Below are positions 14,581 to 29,976 of a DNA stretch of 64,000 bases, one piece after another. The stretch is taken from contig JASVEC010000002.1 in NCBI GenBank assembly GCA_030770535.1, forward strand, positions 1,798,001 through 1,862,000, given 5' to 3'. A model generated the notes under the pieces. It saw only the letters and a list, made by a program, of their open reading frames with translations, made no database searches and had not been told where the DNA came from. Positions within the stretch are counted from its first letter, which is position 1. Each line of letters opens with the position of its first letter. Made by a program: the position numbers and the translations under genes. The DNA is from Batkoa obscura (lineage: Eukaryota).

Positions 14581-16947
14581 ATGAGTTTAAATAGTGAAGA
14601 ATTAAACTTATTAATATTAAATTATTTACAAGAGAGTGGTAATTATACTTAAATATTTAAGTCAACTATCAATAATGAATAAAATTAATTAAAATTTTCT
14701 TTTAATAGGTTTCTCTCACTCAGCGTTTACATTTCAACAAGAGAGTGTAGTACCTTCAAACACATTAAATGCAACTACAATAAAGCCTGGAGCATTGGTT
14801 AATTTAGCATTAAAAGGTTTACAATATATGGAAATTGAAGCTCATGTGGATGAGGTAAGTTAGAGGAAAAACTTTAATCTCTTTTTCACAACCCAGTATT
14901 CAATAATCAATCAATTAATCTCCCTATCTACAGGATGGTTACACCACCCATTGTCAAGCCCCATTTACCTTACTAGGAAAACATGAATGTGAATTAAAAT
15001 CAATGGTTAAAAATCCAAAGAAAAAAGCTAAAGTTAGAAGGGAAATCATTAAAGATATGGAAGAAGTAGAATCGGATAGTAAATTCGATAATTTAGATAT
15101 GGAAGATAAAAAAGAAGTTGATAAGGTTAAGGATATTAGTAAAGATATTTTGGGCTTAGAAAAGGGCAAAAATACATTGAATAGAAATGATAAAATTATT
15201 ACAGATGAGGAACCGGAGGAGGAGGGTGAAGGTAAGTGGTTTTTATTAATGTTTGTATGAAGACAGGGATTGATTTTTTAAAATATAATTAGTGGATAAA
15301 GTATCTCAAAGTGATGGTACTGATCCTAGGGATAAAGCATATAATGTTGAATTAGAAAGTGAAGCTACTATATTAAATGGTCATGATTCAGAGGTAATTA
15401 ATAAAATATTAACAACTAAACCATAGTTTATTTATTTATCATTTAGGTTTATTTGTGTGCTTGGAACCCAATGTTTCCTACACATATAGCTACAAGGTAA
15501 ATAAATTAGTATTATTGAATAAACTATTAATTTTAAATGATTTTGATTTAGTTCTCATGATGGATCAAGTCGAGTATGGCGTTTGCCAGCAGGATCGAAA
15601 TCCGATAAAATATCATCTCATTTTTTAGCATATACCTCAGTTTCCGATAGTAAAGAAACTTCTGCTATGGATTGGCATGTAAGTTTTTTAATATGCAACA
15701 ACACTGTTTTATAATCTTGTTATTAATCCTTCTACTTTTAGCCAAAAGGAACAATGTTAGCCATTGGTTCCTATGATGGTTATTTACGTCAATATACACA
15801 TAGTGGTTGGTTAAGATTTACGACGGAAGCACATTCATCGCCTATATTATCCGTAAAATATAGTCCTAAAGGAACATATATATTGACTGGTGGTATGGAT
15901 TTTACAGCTAGATTATGGGAATCAGCAACGGGTAATCAAACTCAATTTTTTGAATGGCATGATGGTAAGTTTAGATTGAAATCATCAGATAGTCTTTTAA
16001 AGTTAATAATTCTTTTTTTAATTTTCAGATGCAGTTACTTGTGTGGCTTGGAAAGATGATGTTATATTTACAACAGCTTCATTGGATGGTAAATTAATAT
16101 TAGGTAATGTAGACAAACAGAACAAAGTGTTTGAGTTTGAGGGGCATGAGGTAATAATGAGGAAATGTATTCTATTATTATTATATTAAACAACATTGGT
16201 AGGAAGGTGTTAATTCAATCGAGTGGGATGGTACTGGTACTTATTTAGCATCTGGATCGGATGATAAATTAGTTAAAGTAAGTATTAATTAGATGATTAA
16301 TTTATGATATGAATTTATATTCAATGATTGTTTTTATTATAGTTATGGAACAATAATCAAAAGACACCTATAAAAACATTATCTGGACATGAGGGTTCAA
16401 TATCTCAAGTTAAATGGGGATTAGCTCCAATCGGACCTAATAATACAAGATTATTATTTTCGTAAGACGTTATTATTATTAACTTATTTATTAATTTGAT
16501 TTTTGTTTAATTTTAGTGCTTCTGATGATAAAAGTGTATGTGTTTGGGATGTATTAAATGGTACAATGTTATATCGATTTTTAGATCATTCTTGTAGAAT
16601 ATCAGCAATTGCTATATCACCAGATTCTAAATTTTTGGCTTCTTGTGCTTTGGATTCTAATGTTCACGTTTATAATACAAGTGTAAGTTGAGATTTATTT
16701 TGAAGATTATTGAGATTTTAAAATTAATTGTAATTTTTTATTTATTTATTTTAGGATGGTAAAAAAGTCAAAACATATTTTAGATTAGGAGATCTGTTTG
16801 ATATTAAATGGTGCCCAAATGGACACTCCGTTGCCGGTTGCTTTGCGGATTCTTCGGTAATTTTTGATATTAATATTTTATAACAAGAATTGGAAATGCT
16901 GATAATTGTTTTTTATTTAGGTGGCTCTATTTGATGCTACTTTTTAA
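14581..16947 (+). CDS. SIF2: LisH + WD40 corepressor subunit (TBL1/Sif2-like), many exons
   Basis: [28 protein letters not shown] (LisH), GLQYMEIEAH, GHDSEVYLCAWNP, multiple WD repeats; stop TAA 16945-16947. Confidence 0.9.
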
Positions 16948-17180
16948 GCAATATGATTTCTATTAATAAGAAATAATAATAATTATTTTTATTTTTTTAA
17001 ATTCTTAATTAAAGTTTATATTATCTGTTATATAACTAAGATAAAATTATTTTTATTTTTGGAACTGATTTGTTTTGTTGATGCTGTAATTTTATGATAA
17101 GTGATAGTTTATAGTAGCAAATAGTTCAATAGATATGAATAAATAAATGTTTAAGTAATACTGTATTATTTATTATATAT

Positions 17181-17277
17181 GGTGATATATTTCTTTAAGG
17201 GTTTTACTGATAACCTTCCCGCTCAAATAGCGCTTAAAAAATGGAAAAAGTAATGAAACCAAAAAAGGCCACCCCCT
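17181..17277 (-). mobile_element. MITE family A copy (reverse, diverged)
   Basis: Reverse-complement core CTCAAATAGCGCTTAAAAAATGGAAAAAGTAATGAA; ATAT flanks. Confidence 0.8.
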
Positions 17278-17795
17278 ATATGTTATTTTGTAGGTCGATT
17301 AAATAGCAGATTGAATTTATAGTGCGTTAAACTTTAATGAATTCAAATCAAGTTAGTTTTGAAATAAGATTTTCAAGTCATTTAAACGAACTTTTGTTTT
17401 AAAAAGTGAGTTTTATAATTAGTTAGTACAGCACATAAGTTGATTATTGTTAATGATAAAACAACTGAATATTTGAATGAATCTTTAATATTTATAGCAT
17501 CTAGTTTAAACTAAGAGTTTCGATTAAAGTATGTAGCTATTATTAAATATATTAAATTATTTATAAAACAATTCCAATCCTTCCCTAAAATTAATATTAT
17601 TAAAAAATACTTGTTCTCATTATTAATTCATAATGATAAACTTAAATAAACCTATTTAATCTTATAAAACTTAATAAAAGCTTATTGTTAACCCCGAAAA
17701 AACTCATTCACAAACTGAAACTCAACTATTATTTGCAAATAATCTCATTTAATTCCATAAATAAAATATCACTTTATTTAATTTCCCTATATCTT

Positions 17796-18292
17796 TTATT
17801 CTTCTTCTTCATCCTCATCCTCATCTTCGTCCTCCTTTACTTTCTTATCATTAGTTTCATTCGAAGGCAACCAATTGATTTTAGTCTTATTAATATATGG
17901 CCAAGGTAATAAAGTAAGCTAAATAGAATAAAAAGCAGTTAATCCTCAATTTCTACAATTAAAAGATTAAACTAATTCTACTTACAAATAAAGTCAAGCC
18001 AACGCAACCAGCAAATACAAACCATAATTCTTGTAAAGATTGTCGATAAAAACCAACAGAAAATGATACAATCTAGTTAATAGAAATAATAGTTGTTAGT
18101 TGCTTTTTTATTTAAATATTTTTTCAAACTTACAGCTGATACTATAGTTAATACTCTGAATAATAATAAAGCATCATGTTGACCTTTAAAATCCTAAATT
18201 GTATAAATTATATTAGTTAATAATTATCCAATATCATTTGTAATCTAATGAATTACTATTATGCCTTCAAAAGTCTTTAAAGAGATGGACAT
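17796..18292 (-). CDS. SPC1: Signal peptidase complex subunit 1 (SPCS1/Spc1), 4 exons; absent from ORF track
   Basis: Spliced translation MSISLKTFEGII|DFKGQ...two hydrophobic segments...LPWPYINKTKINWLP plus acidic tail; DFxGQ and PWP..Y...W motifs match SPC12. Confidence 0.88.
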
Positions 18293-19354
18293 TTTTTAAA
18301 AAAACAATAAAATAATAAAATTAAAACTTAGAGTTACATCTTTTAAATCTATAAATGAACTTTTGATTTAGGTGTTTTGTTTTGATTTGATATTAATTTG
18401 GGTGATTTTCGTTAAAAAAAATTAAATAATTAATTGCCACTCTGTTGATTATAATAAATACATTGAAAATAAAAGAGATTAGATACGTAAATAGAATAGA
18501 ATACGTTGAAGTTTTATATTAGTTATATTTCATTTTGTAAAACTTCATTATGAAAAGTTTCTTATTATAAAGTTCTTATCTGAATCCTAAAATAAAAAAC
18601 AAATTTTATAAAGCTAATTCAATTTATAAAATGAAACTAATTTCTAACTTAAACTTTACATTTCAAAAGTATTGAAAGGTAAGGGAGTTTAGTAATATAA
18701 ATAATAAAAATAATAGCATTGTATAATAATAGCATGGTAATTAGAACATAGCTAATTCAAGTCGAAAGCGATCTATTTAAAGGTATTTTTTATATTCAAT
18801 TATTTAAAATTGATTATTTTTATGAGGAATAAAGTTTAGTAAATAAATTTAGCTCAAAACTTAAATTAAATATTGATCTAAACATTCCTTTTTAAATGAA
18901 CAGTTAAGGATATCGCATTTAGCTTGAATTAACTAAAAAATGATTCAATTTGACATTAAAATGGTATAATAGAAATGACGAAAATGATGTGTATTAGTGT
19001 TTAGATTATATAAGCTATTTTTTATAGATTTATATTTAAATGAATAGTTTATAGAGTGTACTTTATAATTAAAAAGTTGAATTTTAAATTAAATCTTGTT
19101 TTATAGTATCCTTAGTTATTAATTTTTTTAGTATTTTTTGTTAATGAATTCACTTTCGCATCACTTTTTAATCTTTAAAACTCAACCCAACACTTAAAAC
19201 TAACCAATGACTGTGTTCTTATTCTGATAAGTGAACACCAAGTTTAAGTGATGGTGACCTCATAATTTCTTTTAAATTAAAATTGGTTTTTAAGAATATT
19301 TAATAAAAAGATTTTTTTCAGTTTTAATATTTATTTAAGCCACTTTAAAAAAAG

Positions 19355-22300
19355 ATGTTTGAAGCGGTGGTAGTAAGCGTATTGAATAAATTTTTAGGGG
19401 ATTATGTAGAAAATTTTCAAGCAAATCAATTGAATATTGCTATTTGGAATGGTAGCTTTTATTATTTATACTATTATTTATACTAACTTTTATAGGTGAT
19501 ATCAAACTTAAAAATTTAAGATTGAAAGATGAAGCACTTAGTAAATTAAAGTTGCCTATGGATTTTAAAGAAGGTAATTTGTTTAATCATTTTACTATGT
19601 AACTCCGATGCTAAATCTAAACCATAGGCTATTTGGGTGAGCTAACGATGAAGATCCCTTGGCATAACTTAAAAAACTTACCTGTAGCGGTATCGATCAA
19701 GAATGTATATTTATTAATATCTCCAAAAGATGTGGTAGACCTTGATCCTAAAGAAGAAGAGGAACGTTCACAAAAATTAAAACAAGAAAAATTAGAAACT
19801 TCTGAATTAATGTTATTTAAAAATAATACCTCTCAAGAGGAAGATGCTAAACAATCTTCTTTTACTACTCAATTAGTGACGAAGATTTTAGATAATTTAC
19901 AAGTTTCTATTGAAAATATTCATCTTAGATATGAAGATAGTATTTCAAATCCTGGCCACCTTTTTGCTATTGGTGTTACCCTCTCTCAAATATCAGCTGT
20001 TTCTACGGATGAAAATTGGAATGAAGCTATTATTGATAGTGCCTCTAAAGTCATTCATAAATTACTTACTTTAAAGAAATTTGGCATTTATTGGAACACT
20101 GAAACCAAATCTTTAGGAGGTAAATCAGTAGATGATGCTATTCGTACTTTTATGGGACTTATACCAAATGAGGAAGATAATGATTTAGGTGTTCAATATA
20201 TATTAGAGCCTGTAAGTGCATTGGGAAAATTAGTAGTTGATAGTGGCTTTGATACAGGAAAAACTAAAAATAAAGCCAATTTAGAGTTTGATCAATTTAA
20301 CTTAATATTAGACAATGAACAATATCGTGATCTTATGCTAACAACTTCCATGTTCGATTTAGTAATGCGTAAACAAAAGTATATTAAATATGAACCACCT
20401 AGTAAATTTAAATATAGTGAAAAGCCAGTGGAATGGTTTCGGTTTGCAGCAAGGTGTGTTTTAGATGAAATTCATCAAAAAAGAAGACAATGGACATGGG
20501 AATATTTTGCTGAAAGGAGGGATGACAGAAATAGATACAAGGATTTATATACAAAACTTAAGTTACAAATTATTGATGAAGAAGGCCATGTTGAGCTTAA
20601 AGCATTAGAAAGAAAATTAAAATTTAGTGATATCAAATTTTATCGATCCTTGTCCCTTCCAGAAATCAATCGAAAGAAAGCAATTTTACAAAAAGCAGAA
20701 GAAGCTCAGCGACAGGCTTCTTGGTTAGGCTCTTGGCTCACTTGGGATTCGGGTGAAAAAAAAGAAGAGGATCCGCTTATCTCTGAAGAACAAATGCAAC
20801 AGTTATATGAAACAATTGATTATGATGAAGATGTTGCTTTACAAGTAGCAGATTTACCAAGAGAATTTGTCTTCCTCGCATTACAAGCTCAGCTTAAAAA
20901 AGGCTCCTTTATCTTAAGAAGTGATCCGCATGGAGCTGTGAATGATATTATTTCATTAAATATGAAGAATTTTTCAGTTGACTTTTTACAGAGAGTAAAC
21001 TCGTTTAAAGCCAAGCTTCAATTGAATGAGCTAGAACTGTTAGATGGTAGTGATTCTAATACAATTTACCCAAAGCTTATAAAAGTATCTGAAGAAGAAG
21101 TTTCTAAAGAGTTAACATCATCGGAAGAAGAAGAAATGAAGAATAATAACCCGTTCTTTGATCTTGTTTATGAAAACAACCCATTATCTGGGAACTCCGA
21201 TAATGCAATAAGTTTAAAGATGAGAAACCTCCAGATTATATATAACCCATCTACTGTAAATACGGTCGTTGATTTTTTTAAACCGCCTAAACCAGCTTAT
21301 GATTCTGTAAGTGCTTTAATTGAAGCAGCTGGCAATAAATTGGAAGGTTTGAAAAAACAAACTACAGCATCGTTACAGTACGCTTTAGAAGAGCATAAGA
21401 CATTAGATTTACTAGTGGATATCAAAGCACCTTTAATTATTGTTCCTCATAGTTTTACAGATTCCGATTCTCAAGTAGTATTATTAGATTCTGGACATAT
21501 TAGTATGGATAGCAAAACGATTGATAAAGTCAAGAGACAAGAAGTACAAGAAAAACATATTGATGAGTTTACAGAAAAAGATTTTAAAAGTTTAGAATCT
21601 ATGATGTATGATAAATTTGATTTAGAACTTACATCAGTCCAATTAGTAGCTGGTAACTCATTAACACAATGTTTAGAAGCAGTTCAAGATAGTAAACCAG
21701 CTGGTGATTTACATATTGTAGATCGTATCAATGTTAAATTTTCTGTATTAATATCTATTTTACCACAAGTCACTCATTTAACTAAAGTTTGTTTATCTGG
21801 TCATCTTCCTATTTTAAAGGTTAATTTTTCAGATCATAAATACAAAGCATTGATGTCAACTATTGATCTTATATTGCCATCTTCTAATGACACTAAAGCC
21901 AATCAAAACTTGGGAAAAAACGAGTCAGGAGATGAGGTTAAACCAATATCTGAGCTATCTACAGCAGGAATAGCGGATTATGTATTTAGTGGGGAAGATG
22001 TTGATTTTAGTAGTAAAGTCTTAAATGAACCAACAGAAAATCAAGAAGATGATGAGGAATTTTTTGATGCAGAAGATAAAGTTGATGTTGAATTTGAAGC
22101 TAAATTTCAAAATTTGAATCAAAAATTATTTGTATTAGATTTTAAAATTGATAAGCTTAAAGCGTCTATTCGTAAAGCAGACCAGGATATTAACCATACA
22201 GAAACTGAATTAGCTGATGCACATCTAGATGGTTTCTCTTTACATGTGACTCAATACCCTTATCATATGGATGTAGATATTGCTATTAAAACAGTCAATA

Positions 22301-25300
22301 TCTTTGATAAATTGAATTCAGATGCTCAATTTACACATTTGATTACATCTGAGGATGTTAATGAAGATAAAAATAAAGAAGGTGGTAAAGATTTAATGAA
22401 GATAAACTATATACGTGCCAATTCAGAATCCCCAGAATTTGTGTCTAGATTTAATGAGATCAATCAAATGTTAGATGTTTCTTTTTCTAAATTATATGTG
22501 ATTGTTACTCAAAAATCTATTCTATCATTATATAATTTTATTTTAGTTACATTTACTTCCAATTCATCAACTGATAATCAAAACGATACATCAGTAATTA
22601 ATTCTTCAAATGAAGATGATAAACAAGAGGAAATCATAAATAATTCTACTATTATGGTAAAGACTAGAATGGATTCCATTCATTTAATATTAAATGATGA
22701 TGGTTATAAAATTGCAACTATCAATCTTTATGATGGTGATTTAACTGTATTAATGACGCATAGTTCATTAAGGTTAGATACTAAATTGAAGAATTTATCA
22801 ATTATAGATAATACGGATGAATATAATGATTTATTAAAAGAGAACCAATATAAATTATTATCCATTGATACAAAAGAAGTAGCTGAAATTCGATATGAAA
22901 GCTTTAACAATAAATCCTTAGATTTAGGTTATGATAGTTTAGTTCATATTAATATTGGTGCTTTACGTTTACTATTCCTTGAAGAACAATTTACTTGTTT
23001 ACTATCTTTCTTTTCTAGATTTGCTGAGATGCATTTATTATTTGAAACAGCAAGACAAGCTGCAATGAATTCTGCTTCTCAATTACAAGAACAAGTAAAT
23101 AGGTTGAAATTTGAAATCTCCATTAAATCACCCAAAGTTATCTTTCCAAAAAATTCAAAATCAAAAGATTTTATTACAGCTAATTTAGGAGAATTGATTA
23201 TTAGTAATAATTTTAGTAACAATACAGAATTGAAAAATGATCTCCAGATATTAAATACCATCCAGTTACAATTAAGTTCCATCTTTTTATCTTCTTCTAT
23301 TGAATTTGAAGAATTTAATCAAAATTTACAAATTATTGAAGATATTAGTTTGGATCTAAAAGTTATTTTATGCGATTATATTAAATCTTCAAGTAGACCA
23401 GAAAAAGAAATTGTGGGTTCTTTAGCACCAGTATCTTTAAAATTAACTAGAAAACAATATGAACTATTAATGGATGTATTTAATTCAACCATGAGAGTAA
23501 TTAATGGTAATCCAGAGCAACAAGGATCAGTTCATCACTTGAATGATAATAATGTTGAAGAGAATAAAGAACAAAAAGAAGCTGAAAAAGATACAAAAAA
23601 TAATTCAAATAAACAAGAAGATGAAATTGATGATTTACATAATACATTGGATGCAGTGTTTTCATTAGAAAAAGTATATTTGGAACTTTATGACGGAGAA
23701 AATCCAGAAGAACTTTCAACTTCTAAATTAGCAGAATTATCCTTAAATAATACAAGTATTAAATATTTAGCTCAGTCCAATGGAATAACTGAAATGGAAT
23801 CTGAAATTCATAGTTTCGTTGTACTTGATTCAAGAACAGATTTCAAATATCCCTTTAGAGAAATTATACCTGCTATAACTCATGAAGGTCCTCAATTTAT
23901 GGCACATATTTCAACAAAACCAAATTCACCAGCTACTTATTTAATTACAATTGATAGTCCAAAAGTAGTCTTATCTGTTGAATTTTTATTAGCTATACAA
24001 AATTTTATTCTTAGTCCATTTCAAGATTTTAATGAAAATATATCGGATGTTATAGATGAAACAGATACTATATTTTCATTAGAAGATTCCAATAAACCAG
24101 TAAATGAAACTAACAATAAATCACAAGTTAGTTTCTTTTATCGTGTTAATGTAGTAGATGCTGAAGTTATTGTATTAGCTGACATACGTAATCCATCTTC
24201 AGAAGCTATTGTATTATCTATTCAACAAATTGTTATGTCACAACAAGGTGTCTTATCTTTAGTAGTTGATCGAATTGGAATGAGTTTATGTCAAATGAAT
24301 TCAAGACAAAAAAGTTCCTTGAGATTTATTGATAATTTTGATATTATATTATCTTTAAATGAACAAATTAATAAGGGAGAACATAGTGTTACGGATATCT
24401 ATGCTGATATTAAACCACTAATATTACGTTTATCTTATAGAGATTTGATGTTAATTACAGATGTTATTAATAAATTTACTAAAGTATTTTATTCAACATC
24501 ATCAGATAAAGATAACAAATCAAAAAAAGAAGTTATCAATCAACCTTTAGCTATTAACACTTCTTTAGATCGACATAATCGTACTTTATCAATGAATAGT
24601 ACATTTTCATTAAGTAGTTCTACTCAAACTTATTATCAAGTAATTAATAGAGAAACCCTTAAAGTAACAATACAAGGATTACAAGTAATATTAATTCGAG
24701 ATGCTTATGATTTACCAATAATTGATATTAATACAGAACCTTTTACTATTAATGTATCTGATTGGTCCACTCATTTAAAAGCTGAATTACAATTACAATT
24801 AAATGCCAATTTTTTCAATTTAAAAAATTCACATTGGGAACCATTAATTGAACCTTGGTCTTTATCTAGTACATTTTCTAAACCATCTAATGAAAGTAGT
24901 AAAATTGAATTACAATCTAAAAAATTATTAGATTTTAATGTAACACCAGCTATTATTGAAACAATGTTAAGTTTTTTTGAAGAAATTAAAGAAAGTGGTC
25001 CATTAGATACACCTAGGGGTATTCATATACCTTATATTATTAGAAATCGTACAGGTTATGCTATGCATATTTGGGGAGATATTAATGGAGGTGATTCGTC
25101 AAGTATATCATTAAAACGTATTCCAGATGGAGAAGATTTAAATTGGCGATTTTATGATTGGAAAGAAACAAGAGAAAATTTATCACAAGGTAGAAATTGT
25201 CTAGGATTACAATTTGAAAATGTGACATGGGAAAGTTTAAAAGATATAATTGTTGATCAAGAAGGAGTAACAACATATCAATTACGTCCATTATTAATGG

Positions 25301-28300
25301 GAGTTGCACATCGATTAGTTTGTGAAGTTAAATTAAAGAATAACGTAAAAATAGTTACATTTCGATCTCCATTAGTTATTGAAAATGCATCATTATTACC
25401 AATGGAAATGGTAGTAGTTGACAGCTCAAAAAAACATTTATCTTCAATTACTATTATTCAACCTGGAGATCAATGTTCTGTACCAATTGAGTCAGCTTAT
25501 CGATTTGGTTTATTGGTAAGGCCGCATTCTGGGTTTGGATATGATTGGTGTAATCAATATTTTTACTGGAGAGAGTTTTTAATTGATGCACCAGTAAATA
25601 CGTTAATATGTCCATCTTTAGATAAAGAAATTAGTCCATTTCATATACAAATTCATGGACAATTTAATGTTAAAGATCCAATGACAGTTAATTACCCTTG
25701 TATTACATTTAAATTATCAGCACCAATGGAATTAGAAAACTTATTACCTTATGATTTAAGATTTAATTTTTATTGGAATAATAATCAAAATGAGTATAAT
25801 AATTTTTTAAAAAGAGGCGGAATATCACCTATTCATGAAGTTGATGTTAGGAAATCATTAGAAATGAGTTTGCAAGTCTGGGATACAGAATATCAATCGA
25901 GTAAAAGAATATTAATTAAAAATCCCAACAAATCAATTTATGATAATAATAATAATAATAATCCAATAATTCAATTAATTGATAACAATGGAATGGAATT
26001 AATATTATTTACATCAATAAAATCAATACCAAAGTCAGGTGGATCCTTTAAATTAAGTATTTATTGTCCTTATATATTATTAAACAAAACAGGAGTAGAT
26101 ATGTACTTTAAAACCAATAGTCATTCTAGACAGACTAGAATTGCTTCAGGTAATGATGATTTAAAAGGCAAAAAGATATTACCTCATATGTTTTCATATG
26201 GATTAAATGAAAATCGAAAAAGAGCTTTTGTTAAAATTGGGCAATCAGAGTGGAGTCATCCAGTATCCTTTGAAGCATCTGGTAGTGTTAGTGAATTAAT
26301 ATTAAAATCAATCGATCGACCAGAACAAATCCATTTAGGTGTTAGTATTGAAGATGGTTTAGGCAAATTTTGTTTTACAAGATTAGTTTCATTCACACCA
26401 AGATTTATTATAAAAAATAATTTAAATACCAATATTAATTTTAGAGAATTTACAGCAACAACATCATCAATTGTTAGACCTAATGAAAGTACTCCATTAT
26501 ACTTTTTGTCTCAATTACAAAATAAAATGTTAACAATTTGTTATCCTGGACTAAACAATTTATGGAGTGCTCCTTTCAAAATAGATACAGTAGGAAAAAT
26601 TCATGTTCAATTAAGTAAAATAAATTCAGGTATTGAATTAATTAAAGTAGATGTTCAATTGCAAGGAGCAACTATATTTATTATATTGGAAAAAGAAACT
26701 GGTAAATGGCCATTTAGAATTGAAAATATGACGGAAAGTAATGTAGTATTTTATCAAGCAGTTAATAGAGATAAAGTATTACCTGGATTTAAAGAACCCA
26801 ATCGATATAAATTAGCTTGTGGTAAAGCAGTACCTTATTCTTGGGATTTCCCATCTGTTGAAGATAAAGTATTAAATATTGCAGTTGGACCAAGTATTCG
26901 TCAAATTGATTTTCAACAAATTGGAGCATTAATGCCATTTAGATATCATTCTGATAAAGGCATGAAAATTATGTCAATTGATGTTATTGCAGAAGGTACA
27001 ACTCAAGTGCTTAAGTTATCGAAATATATAGAAGCGGAATCATTATACAGACCAACTAGAATTAATTCGACATCTTCTATATTAAATAGAACTCAATCCC
27101 AATCTCAATCTCAATCCTCTTCTTCAGTAACAAGTAATAATAATAACAATAATAATCATGGGTTTGAAGTTATTGAAAAAGATGGTAAAGTATTATTTTT
27201 CTTTTCATTAAAATTAGAAGGAATTGGCATATCCGTAATTAATAAGCGACATCAAGAATTAATGTATTGTAGTTTAAAAGATATTGATTTAAAGTTTAAA
27301 GATTATCTATTATCCCAATCATTAAAATTAATTATAAAATGGATACAAATTGATAATCAATTATTTGGTTCAATTTATCCTATATTATTATTTCCTACAG
27401 TAATTTCTAAATCAGGTAACGAATCCAATTTACATCCTACATTTCATATGGTATTATCAAGAGACAAAGATTTATCTCATGGAGTAGAATCTATTAAATA
27501 TTTTACTATATTATTACAAGAAATGTCATTTGAAATTGATGAAGATTTCTTATATTCTTTATTGGATTTTGCCAAACATTGTCTACCTCAACCTAAACAA
27601 ATTGAAAATGAAGAAGAAGAATTATTTAATATTAACTTAGAAATACCTCAGCCAAGCGTTATTATTGAAGATACAAAAATTTATTTTTCATTATTACATA
27701 TACAGCCATTAAAATTATCATTATCTTTTATGAGAACAGAACATAATGACCCAGAGGATGTTCAACCTCAATCTTCTAATCCATTAAATTTTATTGTTAA
27801 TGTACTAACTATGGCAATTGGTAGTATCAATGATGCACCTATTAAATTTAATTCATTAGTATTAGAAAATTTGTTAGCTGATTATTCAGTATTATTAGAT
27901 CGATTGACATCTTATTATGGCCAAGAATTCATTTATCAAATTCATAAAATAGTTGGTTCAGCAGATGTTATTGGTAATCCTGTAGGCTTATTTAATAATT
28001 TAAGTTCAGGTGTTGTGGATATCTTTTATGAGCCTTATCAAGGTTTTGTTATGAGTGATCGACCACAAGATTTTGGTATTGGATTAGCTAGAGGTACAGC
28101 TTCTTTCGTTAAAAAAACAGTTTTTGGATTGTCTGATTCCTTTTCTAAAATTACGGGTTCATTGGGCAAAGGATTAGCTGAAGTTACTATGGATAAAGCA
28201 TTTATTGATCGAAGAAGATTAAATAAAACAAGAAATAAACCAAAACATGCATTGTATGGTGTGGCCCAAGGGGCCAATTCCTTGGGTTCCTCAGTGGCTA

Positions 28301-28896
28301 GTGGTATTTCTGGTGTTGTATTACAACCTATTGAAGGTGCTGAAAGGGATGGTGTTAGTGGTTTTTTCCGTGGAGTAGGTAAAGGATTAGTTGGTGTTGT
28401 AGCTAAACCCATGGTAGGTGCATTTGATTTAGTAAGTAATGTAGCAGAAGGTATTCGAAATACAACTACGGTATTTGATACTGATTCAATCGATCGAATT
28501 CGATTACCTCGTTATATTGCCCCAGATGGTATTTTAAGGCCCTATTCGTCCAGAGAAGCACTTGGTCAAAAATGGTTACAAGAATTTAAAGAAGGGAAAT
28601 ATTTTTCAGAAAAGTATTTGGCACATTATTCTATGAAAAATTCACAAACGGTGGTAATGTTGACGAGTAATCGAGTTTTACAGATTAAAGTGAGGAATTT
28701 GAGCTTGGATTGGGAATTGCCATTTAGTGAATTGCAGTCTGTACAGACGGATGGGAATTCAATTACATTTATTTCCAAGTTTGGGGGTAAAAGACCATTT
28801 ATTGAAATTCCAGAACAATCAAGTCGACGTTGGTTTGCTTCTAGAATTGATGAAGCATTTGATTTATATTTGTCAGCTCATAGACCAATGGAATGA
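19355..28896 (+). CDS. VPS13: Vps13 bridge-like lipid transfer protein
   Basis: True start [20 protein letters not shown] (chorein-N) at 19355 via two short introns; [11 protein letters not shown] repeats, [16 protein letters not shown]2_C-like glycine-rich C-terminus, RIRLPRYI. Confidence 0.97.
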
Positions 28897-29153
28897 TTGA
28901 AAAGAGAGATTAAGAGATTTTATGTTAACCTTAGTTTATTATGATATATGTATGCTGTTTTACTATTTTTTACTAGTATTAAAGATTTTATTTTTATTTT
29001 TATATATTTTTTAAATTAATGAATTTAACTTATAAGTTTTTAATTGTAAAGTAAGAGCTGTTGACATGAGAATGTTCTTTGTCAATTGTCCTTTTTTGCT
29101 ATTTTTAAATTTAGAAATTGATCAACCAGTATATTGTTCAAACATGAATATAT

Positions 29154-29242
29154 GGGGTTGTCTAAATTTCATTATTTTATCCAATTTTTGAAAAATTTTG
29201 TATTTTAAAAACTTCGCTTAAAATTCTATAAAATCACATCTT
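29154..29242 (+). mobile_element. Highly decayed MITE family A-like copy
   Basis: ATATGGGGTTGT...TTCATTATTTTATCCA...AAAATTCT...ACATC resembles the consensus only loosely. Confidence 0.45.
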
Positions 29243-29336
29243 TTATTAAAACAAAAGTACCCAAACACAGTTCTAAATCATTCTATTATAGCTCATACTG
29301 TAAGTTAGTTGAATTTCTACTAGATCTTAAATACAT

Positions 29337-29435
29337 GGGGATGTTTTCTTTGGCTTCATTATTTTTTCCATCTTTTAAGCGCTATTTGAGTGGAAAATTT
29401 GTTAGTAAAATTCTTAAACACAAAAATACATTCCC
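29337..29435 (+). mobile_element. MITE family A copy
   Basis: Near-consensus core; flanks ACAT/ATGA are not a perfect TSD. Confidence 0.88.
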
Positions 29436-29877
29436 ATGAGATTGTTTTGGTATAATACCGATTTTTCAAGCTTACATAGTCGTCTCAAAAACAATTTTTG
29501 CAAATTGATTTAAAATTTTGTTGTAATAACTCAAGTTAAAGTGAATAAAAAATATGGTATTTTAAGAAGTTAATTAATTATGAATAAGATATTAATCATT
29601 TTCTTTACACAATGTTTTCTTTTTTATTTATTTTTAAATTGAATTATTATTAAAAAATTCTCATTTTTTTTAAGCATCTATAAAAAGTTAAAAAAGCTAT
29701 ATTTACTCCCAAATATTCAATATCCAAATGAATTTAAGAGACGGGCCTATTTTTTTCAACAATTTATTTAACCAATAACCCTTATTATATTAGACTTTAA
29801 TATAGTTAATCAAAATGAATGCTAGATATTTAAAAAAGTAAATGTGTTTAATCATCAGTATTAATTTGAAAATATAC

Positions 29878-29976
29878 GGAAATGTATTTTTGTGTTTAAG
29901 AATTTTACTAACAAATTTCCCACTCAAATAGTGCTTAAAAAATAGAAAAAGTAATGAAATCAAAAAAAACACTTCC
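29878..29976 (-). mobile_element. MITE family A copy (reverse)
   Basis: Reverse core; flanks ATAC/ATAT; accounts for ORF 29790..29978. Confidence 0.88.

Noticed and set aside
19205..19265. ATGA...CTGA plus small hairpin suggesting a C/D snoRNA (similar motifs near 45246-45351)
   Set aside because: Boxes are imperfect or badly spaced and no rRNA-complementary guide was recognised.
2503..28412. Antisense or overlapping ORFs inside RIO1, IMPDH, HEM13, ARB1, the TBL1-like gene and VPS13
   Set aside because: Shadow frames of well-supported genes with no independent motifs.
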